Positions 27,759 through 40,800 of a stretch of 64,000 nt of DNA are shown here, piece after piece (positions within the stretch are counted from its first letter, which is position 1; each line of letters begins with the position of its first letter). Source of the stretch: Octopus vulgaris. Its lineage: Eukaryota. Both the position numbers and the translations under genes were made by a program. The notes beneath the pieces were generated by a model, which saw only the letters and a program-made list of their open reading frames with translations, was not told the DNA's origin and searched no databases. The stretch spans positions 50,282,001 to 50,346,000 of the forward strand of contig OX597835.1 of NCBI GenBank assembly GCA_951406725.2, in the 5' to 3' direction.

Positions 27759-28922
27759 AATTTTCATCAGATCTTAAAAGATTTTCCATCATCTTGTTGA
27801 GGGAAAGACTTTGGATGATGTAACAAAATACATGAGAGAAGTACAGGGTGGTCATGCATGGAAGACTATAAGTTTGTTCAGCTGACGTAGAGTTAAAACA
27901 AAAATAACCAGAATAAAATATGAGCCAACAAATGGCAGATCTGTAAGAATGTTGAACAAAATGCCTTTCAGTATTTATTGTGACTCTTTGCATTCTAAGT
28001 TCAAACTCTACCAGAGTCAACTCTGCCTTTCTTTCTTTAGGGGTCAATAGATAAAATCCCAGTCTAGATTGATGGACCGGATGGATGTCTTGTGGTGTTT
28101 CTTTCAGCTCTTTGTGTTTTAAGTTCAAATCCTACTATGGCCAAGTTAATCATTAACCTCTTCAGGTATTGATAAATATTAATGCAGGACAGTGGATGGA
28201 CAGATATGAGATTTTTGGCAGCATTCGTTCCGGCTCTTTGCATTCTGAGTTCATATTATGCTCTGATCTACACGGGTGGTAAACTTAATTCCATCACCTC
28301 TTTTACATTCATCACCTGGTCCTTGGATATCTTTAACTGAATTCACTCCGTTGTAAGTATGTGGGCCAAGTCCCTGGTTCTAGAAAAACCTTCCTCTCCC
28401 CTTCCCTCCTTCCAGTCTCAAAGACCCTATAAGATCCATGTATACTGCCCCCCCCCCCCTTTAAATGATAAACAAACCAAAAAAATCATCCAATTCCTGC
28501 TAAAAGCATGACATTCACAATCAGAAAATGCAAGAAGAGATTTCAATGATAATGTTGAAGATAACTTTTATTGATTCTGTAAGTTATACGTAAATTATTC
28601 TTTGAGGATGCATTTTAATGTATTTGATATATCGTTATCAATGTATCATTTGGAGTTAAGTGCCATAGGTATTTTTGCTTAACCTTTTACCACCTTTTTA
28701 ACACTTCATTAACAATGGAAACCTCTTTATCCATGCTGTGTTAAAAAAAAAATAAGAGTTAATATTGTAGATTAAATGGGAGATATTTATATCTTCAGTT
28801 CAAACTGTTGCATTGCCATGTTAACTTAATAAAAGATGTAAAGTAGTTTTTGTTGTACTCCAGGTCATCCCTGAATAAACAGAGCTTTGGACAGAAGTGT
28901 TCCAACTTCACCATCATTTCTT

Positions 28923-28954
<32 letters not shown>

Positions 28955-30753
28955 TCTCTCTTGGTTTAGGAAACATTGTGTTCATGAATACAGTATCCAA
29001 TGTGATACTTACTTACTGATACTGATAGGACACTGTTCTGGGGGAGATTTGGTTGCCATTTCTAATAGGTCACTAAACTGTATAAAAACTCTTTTATCTT
29101 TTACTTGTTTCAGTTATTAGATTGCGGCCATGCTGGGGCACCGCCTTGAAGAATTTGGTTGAATGAATTGACCCCAGTGCTTTATTACATTTTTGTAAAG
29201 CCTGGTACTTGTTCTGTTGGTCTTTTTTGCGAAACTGCTAAGTTACAGGACGTAAACACACCAACACCGGTTGGACGTAAACACACCAACAACAGTGGTG
29301 GGTGACAATCACATACACAAATACACACACACACACGCACACACATTCATATACATACAACAGGCTTCTTTCAGTTTTTGTCTACCAAAATCCACTCACA
29401 AAGCTTTGGTTAGCCTGAGGCTATAGTAGAAGACACTTGTGCAAAATTCCACACAGTGGGACTGAACCTGGAACCATGTAGTTGGAAAAACATTCTTCTT
29501 ACCACACAGCCATGCCTGTACCTATACCTGTTTATTATTATAATGTAAGAGCTCTTTTTGTCTCCCTTATATGCAAGTAGTAAACCATCAGTTTTTTTAA
29601 AAATCCATTCAACAATTTATCACTGCTGATATTTGCAGTTTTTATTCAAAATCTAGAACAAAGCAAAGAATTCTGTTGATGCTGTTCATTGCTCTTTTAT
29701 TTTACATCCATTCTTTGTTGTTTGCATCGGTTGGAAGAGTATGTTGAAGCATTGTTTTACAGCCAAATGCCTTTCCTGATTTAAACCATTACCTGTTTTT
29801 CAAGTAAGGGATCTCTTAATCTACAAGGTTTTGAAGTAATGAAGCACCCTGATGATTTGTTGACAGACAACAACACCAATTGCCACACTTTCATACAAGC
29901 CATTGCAGATATAAACAAACATACAACACACCCGTGCATATACGATGGTCTTCTTTCAGTTTCTGCCCAATAATAATAATAATAATAATAAGGCTTTGTC
30001 TTGATGGCCTTGGGCTGTAGTTGAAGACACTTGGCCAAGGTGCCATGCAATGGGATTGAAACTGGAAACCTGCAGTTAAGAAGCAACCACATGGTGACGT
30101 CAGTGCTGATAAGAGATAGATTAAGGATCATCAGTTCAATGACATTGATCTTAATTAGAAGACAATTTTGGAAGAGGATTTTGATTAAATGAAATCATTT
30201 CATTTTTTTTCTTGTTTCTTGAAAGATTTTGGAGGAAAAGAGATTTTTATTAAAATTCCATTCATACTAATATTCTATCATCACCATCATCATCATCATC
30301 ACTTTTCCATGCTTGCATGGGTTGGATGAAATTCATTAAGGTTGATTTTCTACAATTAGATGCCTTTCCTGTCCCCAAACTTCACCGGTCTCCAGATAAG
30401 GTAATATTTTTTCTATGGCAAGGCATGTTTTCACTGAAGATTGGAAATGAATTATGCTACTTGTATGATGGCAACACTCATTTACAAATATTGTGCAATG
30501 ACAACACCAGGGAAACACTAACATACATAAATATCATCATCATTTAATGTCCATTTCCATGCTGGCATGGGTTGGATGGTTTTACCAGAGCTGGCAAGCA
30601 GGAGAGCTGCACCAGGTTCCAGTCTGATCTGCGTTGGTTCCTAAAGCTGGATGCCTTTCCTTATGCTGTCCACTTTACAGAGTGTGATGGGTGCTCCCTC
30701 TTCAGCAGTGGGAGTAGCATGTATGTGTGTGTGTATGTGTATGTATGTATGTA

Positions 30754-31757
<1,004 letters not shown>

Positions 31758-33264
31758 GCCCACACAATAGGTTTCTTTCAGTTTCTATTTACCTAATTTA
31801 CTCAAAAGGGTTGACCCAGGGTTACAAATCATGTCACAAGTAACCAAGAGGAATATTACTTGATTGCTATGTTATTTTACTTGTGTCCTTGTCCTCTTAT
31901 GATTAAAACTGCTCTCCTCATTCCAAGCTTTGGAAACTACTATTATCAAAGGAACAAACAAGGAAACCTGTATGTAGTCATTTAACTCACTAGAAATGGG
32001 AGCCTAATCTCCCACAAATCACATCTGTATAGCTGCAGCCTACAGGCTGAAACTAATAAAATAGTATAAGTGTGCAGTTTTAAGAAATGGATAAACATTG
32101 GATATTAAGCTCCTAGGTAGACCATGTTTGAAAAATTAGATGGGATGGTCACAACCAGAGCGTCTTTGATCATAGGTCTGTTTGATCGTGGCCTACTAGA
32201 TGCTAAACAACAACCATTAATGAAATCTCTGCCAAATCTTTAAAATGTATGTCAGGTCCTCTGCAAGAAAATTTAGTTGTTGGGGCAGCTGTAGAGGTGG
32301 ATGTTTAAGAACAATTTTTAAGACCAGTTCCCTGAGGAGATGATTCTTCTCTTTGCTCTCACCAACCTTCAAACACTTAATTAGGCAGTATTTTCCAAGT
32401 TGTTGTTGTTGCTTAGTCTCAAGTCAAATCTGCTTTAAAAGCATTCTAGCCATGACCACCCACTCTTATTTCTTTTTCTTTCTTTTATAGACAGAGGTGC
32501 AGACATGACTGTATGGTTAAGGATTTTGCTTTGCAACCACATGGTTTTGGGTTCAGTCCTGCGAGGCATTTTTTGGCAAGGGTCCTATTGTAGTGATGTG
32601 TGAACCAATGCTTCCTGAGTAAATTTGATGAGGTAGAAATTGTGTGGAAGCCTGTCACATATGCCTCTGTGTGTGTGTCTGTGTGCGTTTGTGTGTGTGT
32701 GTGTGTGTTTATCCTCTTTCCAGTGCTGATAGAAAAGAACCAAGCTTAAAATAAGTACTGGGGTTGGTTTGTTCCACTAAACCCTTTAAAGGGGTACTCC
32801 AGCATGGCCACAGTCCAATGACTGAAACATGTAAAAGAAGTACAGAATAAATAGCATTTCTAGAATTACATGTATCCAATGTGTTTTCTTAAATGATAGG
32901 ATGTGGTTTGATAGAGATTTGGCTGTTATTTCTAGCTGTTCATTACAACCACTTAGTCTCCCTTCCCAGCTCCTTGGATAATGATATTTCATGAACTTTT
33001 TCCCTATTGACCCAAACTCATAATAAGTTATACATCACTGTAAGGTATTATAATGATACAGTGAGCAATTATGTTGATGATCTCATTGTGTTAAATAAGA
33101 TAATGTAGCTTCATACGATTTGGACACTCGACTGGAGAAGGAATAAATGACTGGACGAAGGAGAATAATTAACATTTATGTTAATTTTTAATGATTGCAT
33201 TTTTTGTCTGTTTTTTGCAATTAAAAACAAAATATGGAAAATAAATTACTGAAATGATTGTTTA

Positions 33265-33482
33265 TTGACCACTTCTGTTGCCATATTTTCTTTGAAATAT
33301 CCTACCTTTGTTTCAATTAATTTTCAAAATAATGAAGAATTTAGTAAAATAACCGATTATTAAGCTGGAGTTTGGAAATGAAATTCTGATGAAAGATTTT
33401 AATTTAGATCATTTTAAAACAGCAATTTGTATCACTAGAATGAGGGGAGCAGCCTCAGGCAGTTTGGTATCAAAGGGGTTAA
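33265..33482. mobile_element. Possible TTAA-type (piggyBac-like) MITE remnant
   Basis: Right end ggtatcaaaggggTTAA. The left end is only a degenerate match (ttgaccacttctgttgcc). Confidence 0.4.
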
Positions 33483-34139
33483 CAGATGTTTACTGTTGGT
33501 TAACAATTGGGGTTATTCATAGATGGATGGCAGTGCTCACAGCCCTTTTTCTAGTAACTGTGAGGAAGCAAGGGAAGTTGTTATTCTCAAACCAGTGACA
33601 TTACCCAAATACTTGTAACGCAGAGGACACAGCTAAATTCACTCAAAGGCCAGGTGGTGGTGTTAAACTGGGTGACCGATGGTACCTGTTGCTTGAGAAC
33701 AGGACAAGTCTCTCTCTATCTCTCTCTCTCTCTCTGACCAATTCCCACACTGTTCTCATCTGCCAGATTTCACACACAAGGCTTTGGTTGATCCAAGGCC
33801 ACTGTAGAAGATGTGTGTCTTCAGATGTCACACTGTGGGATTGAACCTGAGACCACATAGATGCGAAAAGAATTACCTAACCACACAGCCATGCCTGCAT
33901 CTATTGATTTGTGGTTGATTATAATGTACTGATAATCTCTGAGAGATCTACTGTTGATATATTCTCCAACTTGACCTAATACACCACTGACAAAGACAGA
34001 CCTATTAATGTAATATTGTCTTGAAAGCTAAGCTCCGGATACATTAAACTTGCATTGATTGATTTTAAGATTAGTGAGGTTAATTCAGATTAGTGGCAAG
34101 TTTACACATATTCATGAATATTCTCTCCTTGCACTTAGT

Positions 34140-34200
<61 letters not shown>

Positions 34201-34228
34201 GAAGAAGAACGCAGATGGGGTTTAAAAC

Positions 34229-34307
34229 TTACAACAGCTGTTTTGGAAGCATTTTATTGAAGCATTCTTAGATTACATCATGGCAAAAATCTGCCATCAT
34301 CGGGTAA
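34229..34307 (-). ncRNA. Degenerate type I hammerhead-like motif
   Basis: Minus strand reads ttac-CCGATGA-tgg...cc-AAAAC-agct-GTT-gtaa. Helix I ttac/gtaa; two core changes. Confidence 0.45.
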
Positions 34308-34521
34308 ATCTTAATAAATCTTAAACATATAAACAGGAAAACCAGAAACAGAAGCAGGTAAATCAGAATTAGAAGTTGACTCGTTAGTTCCCCAACAACC
34401 AGAAAAGAGCAAAGTTGGTATACCGAGATGCTGACAAACCCTGCAACTGAGTTTTGTCACCATGATCGTTTGCTAAATCCGCAAGTTTTTTCATTCTCTC
34501 TCTGTTTATTTCCTCGTGTTC

Positions 34522-34557
34522 CTTTCTGTTGAAGATCATAGGCTTGAAACATAAAAG
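34522..34557 (+). ncRNA. Degenerate minimal hammerhead motif in a Penelope-like short repeat
   Basis: cttt-CTGTTGA-agatcataggctt-GAAAC-ATA-aaag. Same architecture as 48858-48890 but with core and helix mismatches. Confidence 0.45.
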
Positions 34558-34880
34558 ACTTTCTCCCTTTCCCAATCGTCAAACTAATACACCTGCTTGT
34601 TGTTTATACACCTGCCTTCATCTTTTGTTTTACTGTAAACTTCAACTATATCTCTCTCTATATATATATACATCATCAACATTGTAATTTTAACATCTAC
34701 TTTCGCATGTTTGCATGGATCAGCTGGAATTCATTGAAGCAGCTTTCGTACAGTAACATGCTCCCTGTTTTCAAGCAAGTTAATATTTCCTCATAGTTGG
34801 ACATGGTTGGACATACTTTTCATGGAAGTTTGAAAACAAAGGACACTGCTTATCTGATAATTATGTTTGTTGACAACATC

Positions 34881-37800
34881 ATCATCATCATCGTCGTTTA
34901 GCGTCCGTTTTCCATGCTAGCATGGGTTGGACGGTTCTACTGGGGTCTGTGAAGCCAGAAGGCTTCATCAGGCCCAGTCAAATCTGGCAGTGTTTCTACG
35001 GCTGGATGCCCTTCCTAACGCCAACCACTCCGTGAGTGTAGTGGGTGCTTTTTACGTGCCACCTGCACAGGTGCCAGACAGAGCTGGCAAACGGCCACGA
35101 ACGGATGGTGCTTTTTATGTGCCACCGGCACAAGGGCCAGGCGAGGCTAGCAACGGACACGAAACGGGGCGGTGCTGGCAACGGTCGCGAAACGGAAGGT
35201 TCTCTTACATGCCACCGGCACTGGTAACACATCTGCAATTTCCATTGAGCGATTTCCATTCTGATCCTCACTTGCCTCAACGGGTCTTCACAAGTAGAGT
35301 TTCGACATGCCACCGGCACTGGTAACACATCTGCAATTTCCATTGATTGATTTCGATTCTGATCCTCACTTGCCTCAACAGGTCTTCACAAGTAGAGTTT
35401 TGTGTCCCAAGAAGGGAAGGTATGCATACGTAGGCTGGCTCCATCCCAAGTAGAAGGCCACGGGTTATGGACTCACTTGTCCTGCCGGGTCTTCTCGCAC
35501 ACAGCATACTTCCAGAGGACTTGGTCTCTAGTCATTTCCTCAGTGAGACCTAAAGTTCGAAGGTCGTGCTTCACCACCTCGTCCCAGGTTTTCCTGGGTC
35601 TGCCTCTTCCACAGGTTCCCTCAACCGCTAGGGTGTGGCACTTTTTCACACAACTATCTTCATCCATTCTCGCCACATGACCATACCAGCGCAATCGTCT
35701 CTCTTGCACACCACAACTGATGCTTCTTAGGTCCAGCTTTTCTCTCAAGGTACTTACACTCTGTCGATTATGAACACTGACATTACACATCCATCGGAGC
35801 ATACTGGCTTCATTTCTTGCGAGCTTACTCATATCCTCAGCAGTCATGGCCCATGTTTCACTGCCATGTAGCATGGCTGTTCGTACACACGCATCATACA
35901 GTCTGCCTTTCACTCTGTGCGAGAGGCCTTTTGTCACCAGCAGAGGTAAGAGCTCTCTGAACTTTGCCCAAGCTATTCTTACTCTAGCAGTTACACTTTC
36001 AGCACACCCGCCCCACTGCTGACTTGGTCACCTAGGTAACGGAAACTATCAACTATTTCTAGTTTTTCTCCCTGGAAAGTGACGGAAGTTGGTCTCAGAG
36101 CATTTTCAGTGTTTATTGTTCCTGAGCATCTGCCACATACAAAAACCATCTTCCTAGTTAGCCTTCCTTTGACATTGCTGCACCTCTTATGTGTCCATAG
36201 CTTACACTTGGTGCATCTTATAGAGTTTCTACCTACACCTTTTCTACAGATTGAGCAGGGCCATCTACCTGAAGGCGTTTGTGATTTGTCTACCTTCCTA
36301 CTGATTACGACTTTGGTTTTAGCTAGATTGACTCTGAGGCCCTTCGATTCTAATCCTTGTTTCCACACCTGAAACTTCTCCTCCAGTTCTGATAGCGACT
36401 CAGCAATTAGAGCAAGGTCATCAGCATAGAGGAGCTCCCAAGGGCATCCTGTCTTGAATTCCTCCATTATTGCCTGGAGGACTATGATAAATAGGAGGGG
36501 GCTGAGTACTGAGCCTTGGTGGACCCCTACCTCTACCCGGAATTCTTCACTGTACTCGTTTCCAAACCTCACCCTACTAGCAGCGTCCCTATACATGGCC
36601 CGCACAGCTCTCACTAACCATTCATCTATCCCTAGTTTTCTCATTGACCACCAGATAAGGGATCGGGGGACCCTGTCGAAGGCTTTCTCCATGTCAACAA
36701 AAGCCAGGTACAGGGGCTTATCTTTGGCTAGGTATTTCTCCTGCAGCTGCCTTACCAGGAATATAGCATCAGTAGTACTTTTCCCTGGCACAAACCCAAA
36801 CTGCATCTCATCTAAACTAACTCTCTCTCTAATTAGTTGGGCTATGACCCTCTCCGTAACCTTCATCACCTGATCCAACAGCTTGATACCTCTGTAGTTA
36901 TTTGTATCTAGGGCGTCACCTTTACCTTTGTAGCAGTTGACTATTATGCTGCTACACCAGTCATTGGGTATGACTCCTTTGTGTATCACCTGATTAACTA
37001 TATGGGTGACTAGGCTATAGCCGACACTACCAGACATTTTGAGCATCTCTGCAGTGATTCCTGATGGGCCTGGGGCTTTTCCTGTCTTCATGCTTCTAAT
37101 TGCCTTAGCTACCACGGAACTATCAACTCGGATAGCTGGTCCCTCTGTTGGGTCAACATTCGGCAGACTCTCTTTATCCCATTCATTTTCATTATTCAGC
37201 AAACTTTCATAGTGGCATCTCCAAACTTCTCTCTTTGCATCCTCATTTAGCGCAAGTGAACCATCTTCCATGCGAACACACTTCTCTCCTACCACATCAC
37301 AATTCTCTCTCACACACTGTCTTGCAATGCAAAACACCTCCAGTCTTTGGTCCTCACGGCGCAGAACATTGGCAAATTTTTTCTTATCTGCTTCCCCTCT
37401 GGCTAAATAAACCTGTCTCTTAGCTTCTCTTTTGGCAGTCTGATACAATTCCCTGCTACCCCCATTTTTCCAGACCTTCCAAGCCTGTCTCTTTTCTCTA
37501 ATAGCCCTGTCTACAATATTGTTCCACCACCACGTTATTCTAGGTCGAGAGGGGACTTTGCACCAGCCACAGATCTGGTCAGTGGCTCTCAGCAGGTTGT
37601 CCCTTAGAAACGTCCAGCTGTCTTCTACCCCCTGTGATGCTCTATCCCCTTCTACTTCGTCAGAGGCTTCAAGTAATATGTCTCTAAATCTCTGTCCATT
37701 TGCAGGATCTTTAAGCTTCCAGATCCTTTTTCTCCATATTGGTCGTCTTCTGGTTGTCCTCCTAGTCCTGATCCTAAAGTCACTAACTACCAGTCTATGT

Positions 37801-40800
37801 TGTGGGGTACATTCTTCCCCTGGGAAGGTTTTGGCATTTATAAGCAGCCATCTCTCCCTTTGCCTTGCAAGGATGTAGTCAATTTGGCTGGTATGTTGGC
37901 CCGATCGGTAAGTGACTAGGTGGCTGGTAGGTTTCCTGAAGTTAGTGTTGCAAATCATAAGATTATTTGCATCGCAGAACTCCAGCAGCCTGGTTCCCTC
38001 CTCGTTTCGGGAGCCATAGCCATAGCCTCCATGTACTCCATGGAAGCCCCCAGCATGTTGTCCAACGTGACCATTGAAGTCACCAGCCACAAAGATAAGG
38101 TCTCTGTCGTTTGTCAACGAGGTAGTCTGCAGTAGAGTGTCATAGAATCGGTCTTTCTGTCCATCGGGTAGCCCCGACTGAGGAGCATAGGCTGATATAA
38201 TGGTTGCTAAACTATGATGAAGCACTAATCTAATCTTAAGTATTCTGTCACATACTAACTTCAGCAACTCAGGGAAACTAAACCAGAACAACCTGCCATC
38301 CTCTACACACCATCATAAACTGCGAGCAGGGTACAAATTGTTGTCCTTAAATGCTCGCAGTTTATGCAACAAAATACATTTGTTCAACGCCTACGTCAGA
38401 AGTGTTGACCCTGACTTCATCACTGTCACGGAAACATGGGCGCATTCCTTACTCTGTGATGGGGTTTTCAACATTACGGGGTACAACCTCTTCCGTAAGG
38501 ACCGCACTAACCGCCGTGGTGGTGGTGTGATGGTCTACGTTCGTTCAAATTTTTTGGTAATTCCTTGTGCCGATTTGAACGAATCACAAGAAGAAGTTTT
38601 TTTCTGTGACGTGCGTATGACCATGTCAACACTCCTGCTTGGCGTTGTTTATCGTCCCCCAAGTTACCATCGGGACACACAGCTTTGCAATGTCCTCCGA
38701 GCTGCTGCCAGGAAAACAGCCACTTATGTGTTTATTGCAGGCGATTTCAATCATCCTGAGATCGATTGGGAGACCTTCCATTGGCCACAGAGTGCAAACG
38801 ATTTTGTTGAGCTTGTGCTGGACTCAAACTGGTCACAAGTAGTCACCTCTCCAACAAGAGGCGACAACACCTTGGACCTGCTCTTCACCACAACTCCTGA
38901 AGCGGTTATCAATTGCACTACGGAGGAACCTCTAGGTGACTCTGATCATGCTATGATCATCGCCAATCTGGCTCTTGCAGGCAACAAAAACCTGAACCAT
39001 CTCCAATCTGCTTCATTCGATTGGAAGAGAGCAGATTGGAACCTGTACCACACTGAACTACAGCACCCAAACTGGCGTGAATTCTACAACTCTGGAGATG
39101 TGAATACTATACTCCAGAGTATCCTGGACTCAATATGGGCAGCATGTGCAGCATCAGTGCCACGTAAACAAAAAAAGAAGAACCGCCCCAAAAGGGCAAT
39201 TTGGGAAACTTCAGCGGTCCGACTTGCCAGGAGGGAACGTCGGACTGCTGAACGGGAATACAGGTTGCATAAATCAGACACCAACAGGAAGAAGCGGAAT
39301 AAATCCTCCAACCATCTCAAGCAAGTGACAAAAAAAGCAGTGCTTGAATTTGAACAGTGCATAGCAGCCAATCCTGACAGCAAGGTTTTCTGGAAATATG
39401 TGCACTCAAAGCAGAGACCTCACTCTCCAGTGGGCCCTCTTCACAACCCTCACACAAACCAGATCACTGACGACCCCAAGGAATGCGCAGAACTCATTGC
39501 CGAGTGCTATGCAAACATATTCACTGTTGAAAGTCAAAATGTACCATCTTCACCATCACTAACAGCAAACTCCATAACAACTATGGAATTTACACCTGCA
39601 ATGCTGCGACGTCACCTTCAAAATAAGCGCAACTATACCTCCCCTGGTCTCGATGGAGTTACATACCTGCTTCTCAAACGTGGCAGGCACTTCCTTTTAC
39701 ACCAGCTTTCTATTTTCTTCCAGTACTGTCTCAACAATGGTGCTACTCCGGAGCAGTGGAAAACTGCCAGTGTCATTCCTCTGTTCAAAAGGGCGACCGC
39801 ACATCACCTGTCAACTATCGCCCAGTCAGTCTCACTAGCTGTATTGCAAAACTGATGGAATCGTGTGTCAGAGAAACACTCTGGAACTTCTGGAGCTCTC
39901 ACAGTCTCATCCGACCCTCACAATATGGATTTGTCCCTAACTCCAGCTGCAGTGACCAGCTTGTCGAGTTCCTTGAGGACATTACTCAGATTACTGACAG
40001 TGGCTCATGGGTGGATGTTGTCTACCTTGACTTTGCTAAGGCTTTCAACTCTGTGCCACACAAAAGGCTTATGGTGAAACTCTCTGCAATGGGTGTGGGG
40101 GATGACCTTTTTAACTGGTTGAAATCCTTCATCCTCAGCCGAAAGGAGGTAGTCACAGTTCTAGGACAGCACTCTACACCATATGAGATGTCATCGGGTG
40201 TACCACAGGGATCTGTCCTTGGCCCCCTCTTGTTTGTGGCATACATTAACGACATAGATGCCAATTTAAGGAATGCCACAGTATTGAAATATGCAGACGA
40301 CATCAAGCTGTACCTTGAAATCAAGAGGACAGATCCTGATGTCTACAACTCTTTCCTGCAATCAGACCTAGACACAATGCAGCAATGGATCACAGACTGG
40401 CAACTGAAACTGGCTGTGGACAAGTGTACCACCATGCATTTTGGGAGAAAAAACCCTGCGTTCACATACTCCCTCCACAACACTGATATCAAGAAATCCT
40501 CTTGCGAGCGTGACCTAGGCATCACTGTCAGCAGTGATTTGCGTTGGTCAAAGCATATCTCTAAGATTGTCAGGAAGGCCGAGGGTGTCTTGGCATCACT
40601 CAGCAGGTCTTTTGTTAGCCGCTCTCCAGCCATCTATTTAAAACTGTATACAGCTATGGTACGACCACACTTGGAATTCGCATCATCAGTTTGGAACCCC
40701 TATCTTGCACAGAACATTGACCTCCTGGAATCTGTCCAGAGACGTGCAACCAAACGCATACCCTCCATCAGACACCTACCATATTCTGAGCGCCTTGTTT

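Noticed and set aside
38257-38291. N-terminus MFWFSFPELLKL of the 766-aa ORF
   Set aside because: Chance read-through into the antisense strand of the CR1 insertion. The true RTE N-terminus is at 41175-41562.
39756-39855. Programmed frameshift between the two CR1 ORFs
   Set aside because: APE and RT are normally one ORF2, and a single missing A in a homopolymer explains the overlap.
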